Positions 12,878-37,500 of a DNA stretch of 64,000 bases are shown here, piece after piece. The DNA lies in the NCBI GenBank assembly GCA_002269645.1, contig NIVC01000705.1:1-64000 (forward strand), in the 5' to 3' direction. This stretch comes from Macrostomum lignano. Its lineage: Eukaryota. The translations under genes were made by a program, and so were the position numbers. Position 1 is the stretch's first letter. Every line of letters starts with the position of its first letter. Below the pieces are notes generated by a model that searched no databases, had not been told where the DNA came from, and saw nothing but the letters and a program-made list of their open reading frames with translations.

Positions 12878-13199
12878 CCCTATAGGCAAGCAATTAGTAA
12901 ATCATTAGTGATAGAATCGAGCTATACAAGACTTCCTCTTCATTGCCCGAAATATTTGTTCATGGCAATGACCTCCGGACAATGACCGGCCATTTTCTGG
13001 AGGTAAAATAACAAGACTGGACAACAATACCATAGGCGAAAAAAGTAACACGAAGCGTGAAATTCTTATATTTATTGAAGTCCAACAAAAAATGTTCCAA
13101 CAATAACACTGCTTAGTCAATTGAGTGCAAGTCTAACCTATGGTCATGTTCTCATCACGACAGCAGGAGAAAGTCCAGAAAATACGACGGTTGAGTCCA

Positions 13200-14656
13200 T
13201 TACTCAAATTTGCAACCATTGAATGAACAGTTGTGGAAACTGTACCTGACCGACGGATTGTCATGACTGATGCCGGTGATCTGCACGGAAGACGACACAG
13301 GTACTGGCACCGGTGAACTCTCACGCAATGGAGTCGCAACAGCTTGTGAAGAACCATTCAAATCAAGTGCCATAGAAACAGCCTCACTGGTAGACTGCAG
13401 CGAGCGATCACGGCGCTTGGACAGGTAACGGCGAGTTGTCCTCTCAGAAACCTGACCGGTTATCGACATGATGTCAGCCAGGTTGTACCCAGCAGCCTCT
13501 AGATCAGCAATCCTGCTCACTCTACAACAGAAATAAAGTATTGCATAGAAAATATGCAACTGGTTTAAAGCAATATGAAGAAAAAGGCTTACCGAATGCA
13601 ATGATTCGTGTACATCTTGGACAAACCGGCCTTCTCGCTCAAGTTTCGCATGAAACGCAGGAAGTAGTTCTCCCCGCGATTCTGCTTTGTTGAGAACATA
13701 GGCTGTCCATTGGAATCCGTGTTGGATAGTGGACGCGGGAACAGATGGTTGTCCTTGGTTGTTGGAGGTAGCAGTTGTAGATATCTCCTCACTTTGGCCG
13801 TGTCGTAGATCCGAGCTTGTTTGTTGTCCGGCCTGGCCTTCGCCTTCACAGGATCGGCTGACTTATTCTTCGTTGGCAGAGCAGGAAGACAGTAGTACTC
13901 CTTGCCGTCAGAATCCGTGTGCAATTCAAGCGAGTCCCTTTGTCTCAGGAACTTCAGATGCTCCTGGCCACGCTCTCCAAAGGAGTAAAGAACATAGAAC
14001 AGAAATTTAGCCTGCTCGATTTCAGCCGTAGTCCCTTCAAAGTAGCACCGCAACTTCTGCATGTCGCCTTCTTCAATTGGTTCATACTGCCTGGTGCAGC
14101 CACCATCTCGATGGAAATCACGAACCTTGACACGCAGCATCTCGTTGCAGGAATTGAATTCCTCACCACCGATTATATCGACAGGCAGCTTCAGAACCAT
14201 GCGTAGGAAACGCTGAATTCCAGCCCGGATACAGATGAGAGAGGCCGGCGAGTAGAACGAGCCATCCTGTTTCTTCAGCTTGAAGTAGAAGTACCGAAGA
14301 TATTGGTTCAATGTAGGATTGTTGACATGCTGAATGTTGCGCAGATTCTCCCCTTCCAGGAAGTCTCGAAAACGTTGGCCATGCTGGTACATCTGCTTCC
14401 GAGTATCCTCAGGCAGACTCTCGATCTCGATTCTGTCCATCTCGGAAACGTCTATCTTTTCATCTCCATCGATCATTGGCAGCCCAGTATCAGCTGGACC
14501 ATTTTGGACATACTTCAGGAACGCATCGAAATCTTCGTCGTGCCGATCAACGGCAGAGGATTCCGAGAGGAAGTTCAGTTCATCCTGCGTGATGTTGCCG
14601 AGGTCCTCACACGGGAGGTTACCCCAATTAATATAATGTATTATCGGGTCGCTCAT
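13200..14656 (-). CDS. Crypton-type (CryptonA / DUF3504, KCTD1-ZMYM-QRICH1-like) tyrosine recombinase, 461 aa; exons 14656-13593 and 13521-13200
   Basis: A 71-nt phase-2 intron CG|GTAAGC...TTGTAG|A rebuilds NHCIR-VSRIADL. Motifs typical of CryptonA: YLRYFYFKLKKQDGSFYSPASLICIRAGIQRFL, FGERGQE (catalytic R), TKN (K), TNHCIR (HxxR), IMSITGQVSERTTRRY (Y), and a C-terminal FHNCSFN. AATAAA lies on the minus strand at 13071-13076. Confidence 0.88.
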
Positions 14657-14873
14657 GATGGACAGAAAACTCTTGAATCAACAGGTTTGGACAGACTACT
14701 TACTGCCTGGGAATCCCTCACACAAACCCCTTCACCCCCACTGAAAGTTTTGCCATAGACATTTCAACCCTCCATTCAATCAATAGGATTGTCATTGCCA
14801 TGAACTCTCCACGCCTTTTGGCTTTCGTGCCATAGACGTTTGTGCCTCCTCCTTCTGGGCCACTTCGATTCGT

Positions 14874-15014
14874 GCCATAGATATTTCCTGCAATGAAGTT
14901 AACTGGAAGAGAGAACTCCAGGCAACGGCCAAAGCCACGAGCGGCGCTAGCCGCGAGTGGAAATTTGGCCGTTGCCTGGAGTTCTCTCTTCCAGTTAACC
15001 CCATTGTCTATGGC
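14874..15014. repeat. Perfect 36-bp inverted repeat (14898-14933 / 14964-14999) with a self-pairing loop, extended outward by GCCATAGA..CAATG / CATTGTCTATGGC
   Basis: GTTAACTGGAAGAGAGAACTCCAGGCAACGGCCAAA pairs with TTTGGCCGTTGCCTGGAGTTCTCTCTTCCAGTTAAC. The loop contains CCAC..GCGGC-GCTA-GCCGC..GTGG. Confidence 0.9.
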
Positions 15015-16189
15015 CCAAAAGTGTGGGTCTGTGGAAAAACCAATTTGATGACGTCGGCTCGAAATTGGCTGGTATATTACTCGCACATGTCAAAGAAACA
15101 ATTCGGCTATCTTCTAATGTTATAATCTGTTATGATGTTATAATCTTCTAATGCTATAATCTGCCATTTTTTGATTTTCTTGTTTTTTCAACCACCAGAC
15201 AAAACACAGGAGCTATTTAGCTTTAATAAATTCAGTTTTAATTACTCCTAATCCCCGTCCCGTCATAATCCAGTTTTAGCCAGTTTAAGCTCCCACCCTG
15301 CTTCCGAATTCAACTAGGCAAAATTTTCAGAAATGAAAGCTAACTGATAAAACGGATTGAAGCTCGACGCGAGAATTTCAGTTTTCCATTCGTTGGCACC
15401 CCTCCTTAGAACACCCTCCAAAATTCCTCACCTCCCCTGCCCCGATGTCTTCCCTATCGTTCTCATTCCTCTTTTAGACTGTCCACCGTAGCAAGCCCTT
15501 GTAACCGTTGTCCTATATTGGCTACGATTTGGAAACTCATCCCATTTCTATGGCGCTCGCGACTGCAGGGGCTTGGATTTGGGATTGAGGTGGACAGGGG
15601 GGAGAGAGTGAGGCAAAGCGAGCTGAGCTGAGGGCGGATGAGGCGGCAGAGGCTGAGGCGGGCAGGCAGGCTTTGAGCATGCAGTGCACCTGCGCCCTCT
15701 CTGACAGACCCTCTGGACTAAAAGAAAGCCTATGCTCAACCTTTCCTGTTTGAGTCTGTCATGCCCCTCTTTTATCCCTACCCTGTACCCCGCTTCTCTA
15801 ACTCTGCCCAGCTCGATTGGCCAAGAGGAACCGCGCACGCTGTTTCCCATATGAAAATGGGCAAAAGCAGACACGAATTTCTGTTCTAAGTCTGAAAGCA
15901 CCTTTCTCTAGTTTTCTCATATATTCGAAGAAAAACAATATTTTTCTGCTTAATTTTACGAGTTGACATTCTTTGTTATGGTAAGTTCTGTGCTCTAAAT
16001 GCAAGTCAAATTTGCAATATTGTATCAGTTATAGTTTTTTTCAAATTTACAGAATCTTGCTAGTACGAGCCTTGTATGCATCTCATAATACTCGTAGCTA
16101 GTGTATGCATCAGATCAGCGCTTGTGTCCCGGAAGCATTGTCACTCTGAATCACATCATCCCACATCATCACGAATCATATCACATGCA

Positions 16190-16545
16190 GAATGACATCA
16201 CCCAGAGTCACATTATCCTGAATCAATTCACGCAGAATGACATCATCGCGAATCACATCACCGAAAATCACATTATCTTGAATCACATCCTCCAAAATGA
16301 CACCATCTAGAATGAAATCATCCAGAATGACATCATCCAGAATGAAATCATCCAGAATGAAATCATCCAGAATGAAATCATCCAGAATGAAATCATCCAG
16401 AATGACATCATCCAGAATGACATAATCCAAAATGAAATCATCCAGAATGACATCATCCAGAATGACATCATCCATAATGACATCATCCCTAATCACATGA
16501 TCCCGAATCACAACACCCAGAATGACATTATCCTGAATCAAATCA
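16190..16545 (+). repeat. 15-bp minisatellite (CATCCAGAATGA(A/C)AT), degenerate at the edges
   Basis: Direct tandem repeats; these produce the DVILD-type ORF on the minus strand. Confidence 0.85.
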
Positions 16546-16546
16546 C

Positions 16547-26343
<9,797 letters not shown>

Positions 26344-26529
26344 GTAGGTTTGATTATCTTGCACTGCAGCCTCACTACTTTCTGAAGCAGGGGCCGGCCA
26401 ACTCCGGCCCACAGGCCACATGCGGCCCGAAAAGCCTCTCCATCCGGCCCTCGGGTCCTTTGAAACTTCTCAATAGCAATGCGCCCCGCTCAAGGTTTGT
26501 GTCTCTTCTCAGCGCTCTCTACAGTACTC

Positions 26530-26760
26530 GCTAATCTTCTCTCTTCTCTCCTCTCTCCTCTCTTCTTCTCCTGTCTCCATCCTCTCCTCTCCCTTCTCTC
26601 ATCTAATTCTCTCCTCTTCTCTCTCCCACTCTTCTCTTTTCACTCCTATTTCATCTCTCTTCTCGTATCCTCCCGTCTCCTCTCTACTTCTTTACTCCCT
26701 CGCCTCTCCTTTCTCTCATCTCTCTTCTTTCTTCTCTATTCTCTCTCTTTTCTCCCCTCC
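26530..26760 (+). repeat. CT-rich low-complexity polypyrimidine tract
   Basis: Almost purine-free on the + strand. Confidence 0.8.
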
Positions 26761-27834
26761 TCTGGCCCACAGCAATGCGCTAGGTCCTCAATCAGGCCCT
26801 TTGGGGGAAAGTTTACAAGACGTTATTGTAAGCAACTCGTTGCAAAATTCATCCCGCAATTATAAATAATTGGTAAAGTAAAATAGGAACAAATCAAATA
26901 GTTGCAACAGTTGTTTAAATGCTAAGCTATAAGAATTATAACAAATATTAATTAATATAATGTAATACATGTACAAAGACTTGTATAATGTAATAACTTA
27001 AACAAACTTGTAAAATAATTCGAATAAATTATTTCAGCTTTCTGGCAAAAAGCTATGTGACATGCCCTTAGGCAGGTACACTTAATTTATTGCCCTAGCA
27101 CTGGTATAAATGGGGAATTTATACCATTTATGGCCCTCTTATTCTCTCACAAGCAATCCCGTACCTCTTGAAGATGCAATTATCCCACTTCCCATAAAGC
27201 AACTTCCTCTTCAGTGTCATTATTACACCAAAATCAGAGCGTCAATATTCAGAATAATAAGTAGATGAAGCAGGCAATGTACGACTCCTTGAGAGTTTCT
27301 GCCTGGATTAATTGAATGAAAGACTGCAGAGTTATTTTAGCGAGAGAGCCGAAAAATCACTTACCAGGTAAAAGTCAATATGTGAAAGCAAGGCATTAAC
27401 GTATAGTAATTAAACTCTGGTCGTTTACAACACCAGATTCTGTTATAGAGTTGATATAGGCGAGAGCCCTTAGAAAGTTTAAACTACGAGCGTATATTGA
27501 GATTAACAGCTATTCCAAAGAACACAGACTGAATCAATCAATTACCATCCTAGTCTGAATTAATTAAGACTCATTGCTTGATCGTGCATACAAAAGGGAG
27601 GGAAGCAACGGTTTTAATTGACCTTCCCTTAGTGTACATCACAGATACTAAAATAACTAAATATGTCGCTTCGCAATTACGCTCGTAAAGTTGAGAAAAG
27701 TCTACTCTTTCAGTAGTTCGCCTGCGCAGTATCACTTAAATTTAAAGTGGCAGCTTAAAGTTCCTTTTCTACCTCGGTCGGAATTGGTGACTTCAGAAAT
27801 ATATTTAGTATATTTAGATTAGGCTAAGAATGAA

Positions 27835-28037
27835 CAGCCAATGAGAGAGCAGTAAGGAGAGAGGTCAGAGTCAGACGGACGAAACTCAGCCTAAGGGGGC
27901 AGGCCCAATCTAGCTCAGCCAATGAGAGAGCAGTAAGGAGAGAGGTCAGAGTCAGACGGACGAAACTAAGTCTAGGGGGCAGGCCCAATCTAGCTCAGCC
28001 AATGAGAGAGCAGTAAGGAGAGAGGTCAGAGTCAGAC
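27835..28037 (+). repeat. 80/81-bp tandem repeat, 2.5 copies, each with CCAAT boxes
   Basis: CAGCCAATGAGAGAGCAGTAAGGAGAGAGGTCAGAGTCAGAC starts at 27835, 27916 and 27996. Confidence 0.9.
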
Positions 28038-29837
28038 ACAATCGGGCAAGAGGTCAGCCTGCATGGCCTTTTATCGATTTCTTGCTCCCATGCACATTGC
28101 ACACGCATTGGATTTGGCTTTTTTTAAAGTTTTCCTACAAACTTCAGTCATGAATTAGATTCTTTTTCATTTTAACTCAGTAAACATGATGAAGACGCTA
28201 ATTTATGGGTCTGCTTGTAGAACCCCATGCAGAGGCGATTATTGTCTTTGGCTTTAAAGTCTTAAAAAAATCTTGTAAAATTTAATATTTGTATTCAATT
28301 ATTTATATTTTAAGGCAAAAACGCTAACTATGCTAACTGAAGAGTAGACCAGCGCATTTTTGTGAGCGACATACCTAGACATTCTATTAAACTGCGGTTT
28401 ACATTAATTTTATTGCGTTTACGAGCGTATTTATACTCGTATCTAGTCTGAACCAAAGTTCATATTGTCTGATCCTAATCAAGACTTAATGATTAATGCT
28501 TATTAATTACCAGCCTCAGTTAATACATGACGTTCCTGATTGTTTATATCCACGTGGACTAAATGGAAGGAACCTTACACTGATACACTGCTCAAAATAC
28601 AATCGAATAACTGTCAATAAATGTAGTCTATTCCCGTACTATTTCAGAAATGGAACGCCGTCAAAAATCGCAACAATCATTGCTAACGGCAACAACTGGT
28701 TCCACTATAGATGGCCTACTGCACAACAGCAATTCTACCAGTTAATTCGCTCAGCAGTTTAAACATAAAAATAATAATATACTTAATTCGGCATGGAATC
28801 ATTACCAGCTTTTGTAAAGCTTTCTTGCATTATTGTTATTATTTAATAAGCGTCGCACGCTTGCACGCATGCTGCACACACATGGACAGCTGAAGGATGC
28901 TAAACTCTGAATTGGAGATTAATGAGTCCCTTACTGACCTTCAGTTATTCATGTGCAGTCATAAATGTCATAACTAAAGTATGAACACAATTACACAACG
29001 TGCTTGCTCACATTTACGGCTTAACTTAGTCAAGAGTATTCTTACACCACTCGATATTATGTAAGGCAAATTCATGTCTGTATTATAACTAACCGATATT
29101 TGTTGTTGCTGGCTTGACACAAACAAACTTTTGTGCCACAAACTTTGTCCACGCAGATATAATATACCCGTTGTATCTTTATAGCACAACCGAATAATTT
29201 AACAATGCTAATTTTATAGCTGGCCACATTATCCGTATAGCAAATTGTGAATTGAAAGCCACGCTTGTAAAGACGTTTTTTGGTCAACAATTGCGCAAAA
29301 ATAAACAAAATCTTATCAAATTCAAAATTGATTTTTGCAGAAATATTTTGCTGTCGTCAACTGAAATGAACCAGTTGGATGACTGACAGAGACATGACGC
29401 CAAACAATTTGTTTAATTTATTTCATAGTCTCTTACTAAGTAGTTACGAGCGTATTATTCTAGGATAACAAAAAGATCAATGTGCATTATTTTGAAAACT
29501 TGAACTTAACAGTCTAGTAAAACCATTGAAAATAGTTGGATTACGAGTAACATTTACTTTTAACCTCCGGAAAAATACGGTATGTGATTAAGTACTAAAT
29601 GGCGATTCAGAGCTAGTAGAGCTGCAAAGTAAAGATGCATTCGCATAGACTTCAAGCTTTTCAAGCGACTGACCAATTTAACAATTGTGCTAGCTATAGA
29701 AAAAAAAGGATTTGAGATGAAGAGGTTATCGGGAACAATCGGGAAAATAAGCCTAGACAATCACCCAGAAACCCCTAAGGTATATTGTTTTATATATTAC
29801 CGATATCTGAAGGTAAAATCCTCATAGACAGCTACGA

Positions 29838-30110
29838 GTATAAGACTCCCGAATCTTCACACCCTGAATAAAGACTACGAATCTTTACATCCTGGTCCTG
29901 AATAAAGACTCCGAATCTTCACATCCTGGATAAAGACTACGAATCTTTACATCCCGGATAAAGACTCCGAATCTTTAAATCCTGGATTAAAACTCCGAAT
30001 CTTCACATCCTGGTCCTAGATAAAGACTTCGAATTTTCACATCCTGGATTAAGACTGCAAATCTTCACACTTGGACAAAGACTCCGAATCGTCACACCTA
30101 GATGAAGAAA
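29838..30110 (+). repeat. 27-29-bp minisatellite (TAAAGACTCCGAATCTTCACATCCTGGA), array 1
   Basis: Direct tandem repeats. Confidence 0.85.
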
Positions 30111-30459
30111 CTGATTCTTGTACAGATAAAGATTCTATATTTTAATAACTAGCAAAGACTTAAGACTCATGACAAATTTTTACCGGTCGATTTAAAAAAC
30201 AATGAAATGGAAACGAAGAAAGCGACAGCAATTTCGCGCTAAAAATAGTGACATAAACACGAACACAACGCCAAAGAATGAAAATACACGTTAGCTGGCA
30301 AACTTGTTCAATATATTACAAAACAAGAAAATAGCTAATCAAACAGAAACGACGTTGAAATTAGATTATTAAAAAACCCAAGCCTAAATTTGTTTTTTTG
30401 AGAACTTTGAAAACAAATGCTTTATTATGAAGCTATACTATCAATAGGTTTATTGGAAG

Positions 30460-30925
30460 ACTTCGAATCTTCACATCCTGGAATAAGACTCCGAGTCTTC
30501 ACATCCTGGATAAAGACTTCGAATCTTTATATCCTCGATAAAGACTTCGAGGCTTCGCATCCTGGAATAAGACTCCGAGTCTTCACATCCTGGATAAAGA
30601 CTCCGAGTCTTCACATCCTGGATAAAGACTCCGAGTCTTCACATCCTGGATAAAGACTCCGAGTCTTCACATCCTGGATAAAGACTCCGAGTCTTCACAT
30701 CCTGGATAAAGACTTCCAATCTTCACATCCTGGAATAAGGCTCCGAATCTTCACATCCTGGAATAAGGCTCCGAGTCTTCACATCCTGGATAAAGACCAA
30801 GGCTTCGCATCCTGGAATAAGACTCCGAGTCTTCACATCCTGGAATAAGACCAAGGCTTCGCATCCTGGAATAAGACTCCGAGTCTCCAATTCCTGGATA
30901 GACTTCAAGGCTTCACATCCCGGAT
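30460..30925 (+). repeat. Same 27-29-bp minisatellite, array 2
   Basis: Direct tandem repeats of the unit seen at 29838-30110. Confidence 0.9.
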
Positions 30926-31175
30926 AAAAACCTAAAACCATCAAAGCCTTCATTTACACTGGAAAGGGCCAGATATTTAACATATTCAGCCAATTATTCA
31001 AGCAAAAAACTATAGGAATTTTCAAAGTGTATCAGAACACTAAGCACTAAGTCTGTATAGAATTATAGCTATTAAAAGATTCTTGCTTTTGGTTGTAAAC
31101 GAAACAAATTTTCTCTTGCAAGCGCAGTTTTGTAAGTCCCACTTTATCGTGCAGTAGTTATAAGTTACTAATAAT

Positions 31176-34558
<3,383 letters not shown>

Positions 34559-34599
34559 TTTTGTTACTAGCAATACTACTTGAAGGCGTATAGTCGGGA

Positions 34600-37500
34600 A
34601 AATTAGGCTGTATTTTTATTTTTTAATTTAAATATACTTTTTTGTCATGCATAAAACAGATATTTAAATCAATAATTCATTATTCATTGCATTTGCTTCT
34701 AGCTAATGTGGGCTTCATACCATATTTTCTATTTAGTGATACAACTTGTGTATCCTTAGTATATTACAAGATTTTTAGAAGTTCAAGTTTAATTTAAATA
34801 ACAATTGCTTTTAACATTTAATTTTAAATAATTAGACTGGTTTGAACTTTAGAAATGCAATGGTATATACCATATACCATCTGGTATATATACCATACCA
34901 TATACTATATACCATATAACAATGGTATATCATGGAAATATATCATATCATCAAAATATCATGGAAAAGGGTTTTGCAAATAGTAATCTAAACTAGAATT
35001 TCCAAAAAATAATTAGGGTTACTACATTAACACACTAAATGGCTCATTCTATATACTAGTAAAGATATATATTTAGCAGAAGTAGAAGTGTATATACATT
35101 TAAATTTGAAGTGTATATACCCAGGGCTTATATACATTGAAGCAAAAAGGGGTGCAAATTAGTTAAGAACTGTCTATAATGACCAGAGGGGGTATATGGC
35201 ATGTTATGTCTAGAAGTTACTGCTTGTAATACAATCCTTCTTATATAGATGGTTTGAACAACTTGGAAAAGCCTTTTGGTGCATGATACCTAGTCTGATT
35301 ACATTTTTGCCAGATTTGTAGCACTCTGCAAAGCTCCCAATGCCCATTGTAAAGCTAGAAGTACTTTTGTCATTATGGTCATAACATACGTTTTTTCAAA
35401 AGAAATAAGCAACCAAAGATATTGGCCTTAATAAGTAGTATATACTTATTTGAAAATAGCAACCAGCCTATCAAAAATGTCATAAAATGATTTTTAGCCC
35501 AAAAAGCCACTAGCAAAGCATAATATTATCTATCTTAAAAAACAACCACACAAAGTTAAATGTTGCCAAGAAATAAGAACAGTTCAAGAAATAAAAAACA
35601 ATCTTAAAGTAGTAGAAGACATTAATGAAATCCAAAAGTTTGTTGACACAATGTTTACTTTAAAAATTTATATGATATAGTAAAAAATTGCCATGATATA
35701 TATATATTTGGCTTATATATATATAATATATATATTTGGCTTATTCCACATAACTTGAACAGAAATGGCAATTTTTTACTAATATATTTTTTACTAATTT
35801 TTTACTAATAACTTTAATTTTTAAGTCTAATATATATATAACAAAGTTTAGCAAAGATTAATTTTAGTTAAAGTTAGTTTACAGTTAGTTAATTTAAATA
35901 AATGTATAAGTAATATCAACTAGTACTAGGCCTAATCAAAACATTGAATCATAACTAATTATATTTCTATTTATCATTAAATACTATAGTATTAAGCTTG
36001 TTTGACTTAGTAGCCAAAGGTTTTAGAAAAACAAACTTTATTTTTATAGGCCTATAAATTATTGAATAGCTATCAAAATTTTCAGTTAATACAAGTCTTG
36101 AAATCATAAGTTGTTTTCATTATTCCCAATATGTATATTATAACTTGCAAGGGCAATCATCATGTCATTTTAAATATTATTAGGCTATCATATTCTAAGT
36201 CTATTGATTATAAAACAGAATAAAATATATTTTATTAAGTTAAATTAAAAAATATATTATGCAATAAAAAATAGACCTATACCTATGCAGCTATGTTTCA
36301 ATATATATTACTTTAAATGATAAAGCCTAAGGTCTAGTCAGTTTAATGCATAGTCAATATTGTACATTCTATTAGGCCCAGTATCTATATTAGAGTCTTA
36401 GACCTAAATCAAGATTAAAAGATGGCTTATATCTAGTTAATCTAATATTCTATGCCCCAGGGCCTATTTATTACAATTGAGTTTATATAGGCCTAAAAAG
36501 ATTAGCTAGGCCTAATTTTAATAGATAGGATATGTTACTTTATTGCTTTATACTAAAGTCTAACTACAATCTTGATCTTGATTTCAAAAGTTTGGTTTCA
36601 GAGTTAGATAGGCCAAGGTATTTTAAGAAATTCTTGAAATTTAAAAATGGGCTTAAAGTTAAAAATAGTTAAGCAAAATTGAATTCAATAGGCCTACTAT
36701 TCTATATACTAAAAATGAACCTCTTTAGTTGACCAACTTTATATATAAAAATCTAGAAGATAGACTTAGAATAGGCCTAGATTTCTAATTCTTTATCTAA
36801 ATCTTTATCAAAAGGTGACAAGGTCTATATAAAAAATAGCCATGTAGGCCTAAAAATTATCTTTAAATGAGTTTCTCTTTCCAACTTAAAAAGTAGTTTT
36901 TTATTGCCTTTGTTTTTGCTTCTATTGTTAATATTGTAGATAGATGTCCTTACTCCCCCTTGGTAATAGCTAGAGTTCCGGCACCGGAACCCGTTTTCTA
37001 ACAGCTAGGGATCCGGCAGTGCCATATAGAACTTAGAAGCATATAAAGACTACTAAGAACATATCTTAAAAAGTCTGAATATTAGGCCTAGAAGCATCTT
37101 GTCCCAAATCTTATCATATTGTCTTAAATTTTAATCTAGAACAAAATCTCAATATCAGCTACCTGTATAAAGAAAAATATAATGTTGCATCTATATTATA
37201 ATGGCACTACCGGATCCATAGCCATTAGAAAATGGGTTCCAGTGCCAGAACTCTAGCCATTGCCCTCCCCTCCAATATAAATCCTGGCTATGGGCTTAAA
37301 TTTGCCTTTCATGTCAGATAGGTATACTATATAGTATATAGGCTAGCCATTGGAAATTTAGATTAGAATCAGAGTCAGAGATGTTTGAAACTTTAAAGTT
37401 ATCACACATGGCTCCACTAAAATGTGTCCTTATAGTAGGGCCTAGGGCCTAGCCTAGTAGCCCCCCTAATAGGGCCTACATCTTAAAAATCATTGTAAGG

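Larger units (their letters stand above)
12890..15020 (-). mobile_element. Putative Crypton DNA transposon around the recombinase gene; boundaries not determinable from one copy
   Basis: Single YR gene with no RT or integrase partner, which is the Crypton architecture. Ends are inferred only from the flanking MITE and the upstream hairpin cluster. Confidence 0.5.

Noticed and set aside
14303-14758. Antisense ORFs overlapping the recombinase (13729-14758, +)
   Set aside because: Shadow frames of a GC-rich coding strand, with no motifs or splice support.
14898-14999. Integron attC-like site (hairpin bounded by GTTAAC next to a YR)
   Set aside because: The ends do not fit RYYYAAC/GTTRRRY, there are no extrahelical bases, there is no cassette array, and the context is eukaryotic with a Crypton-type rather than IntI-type protein.
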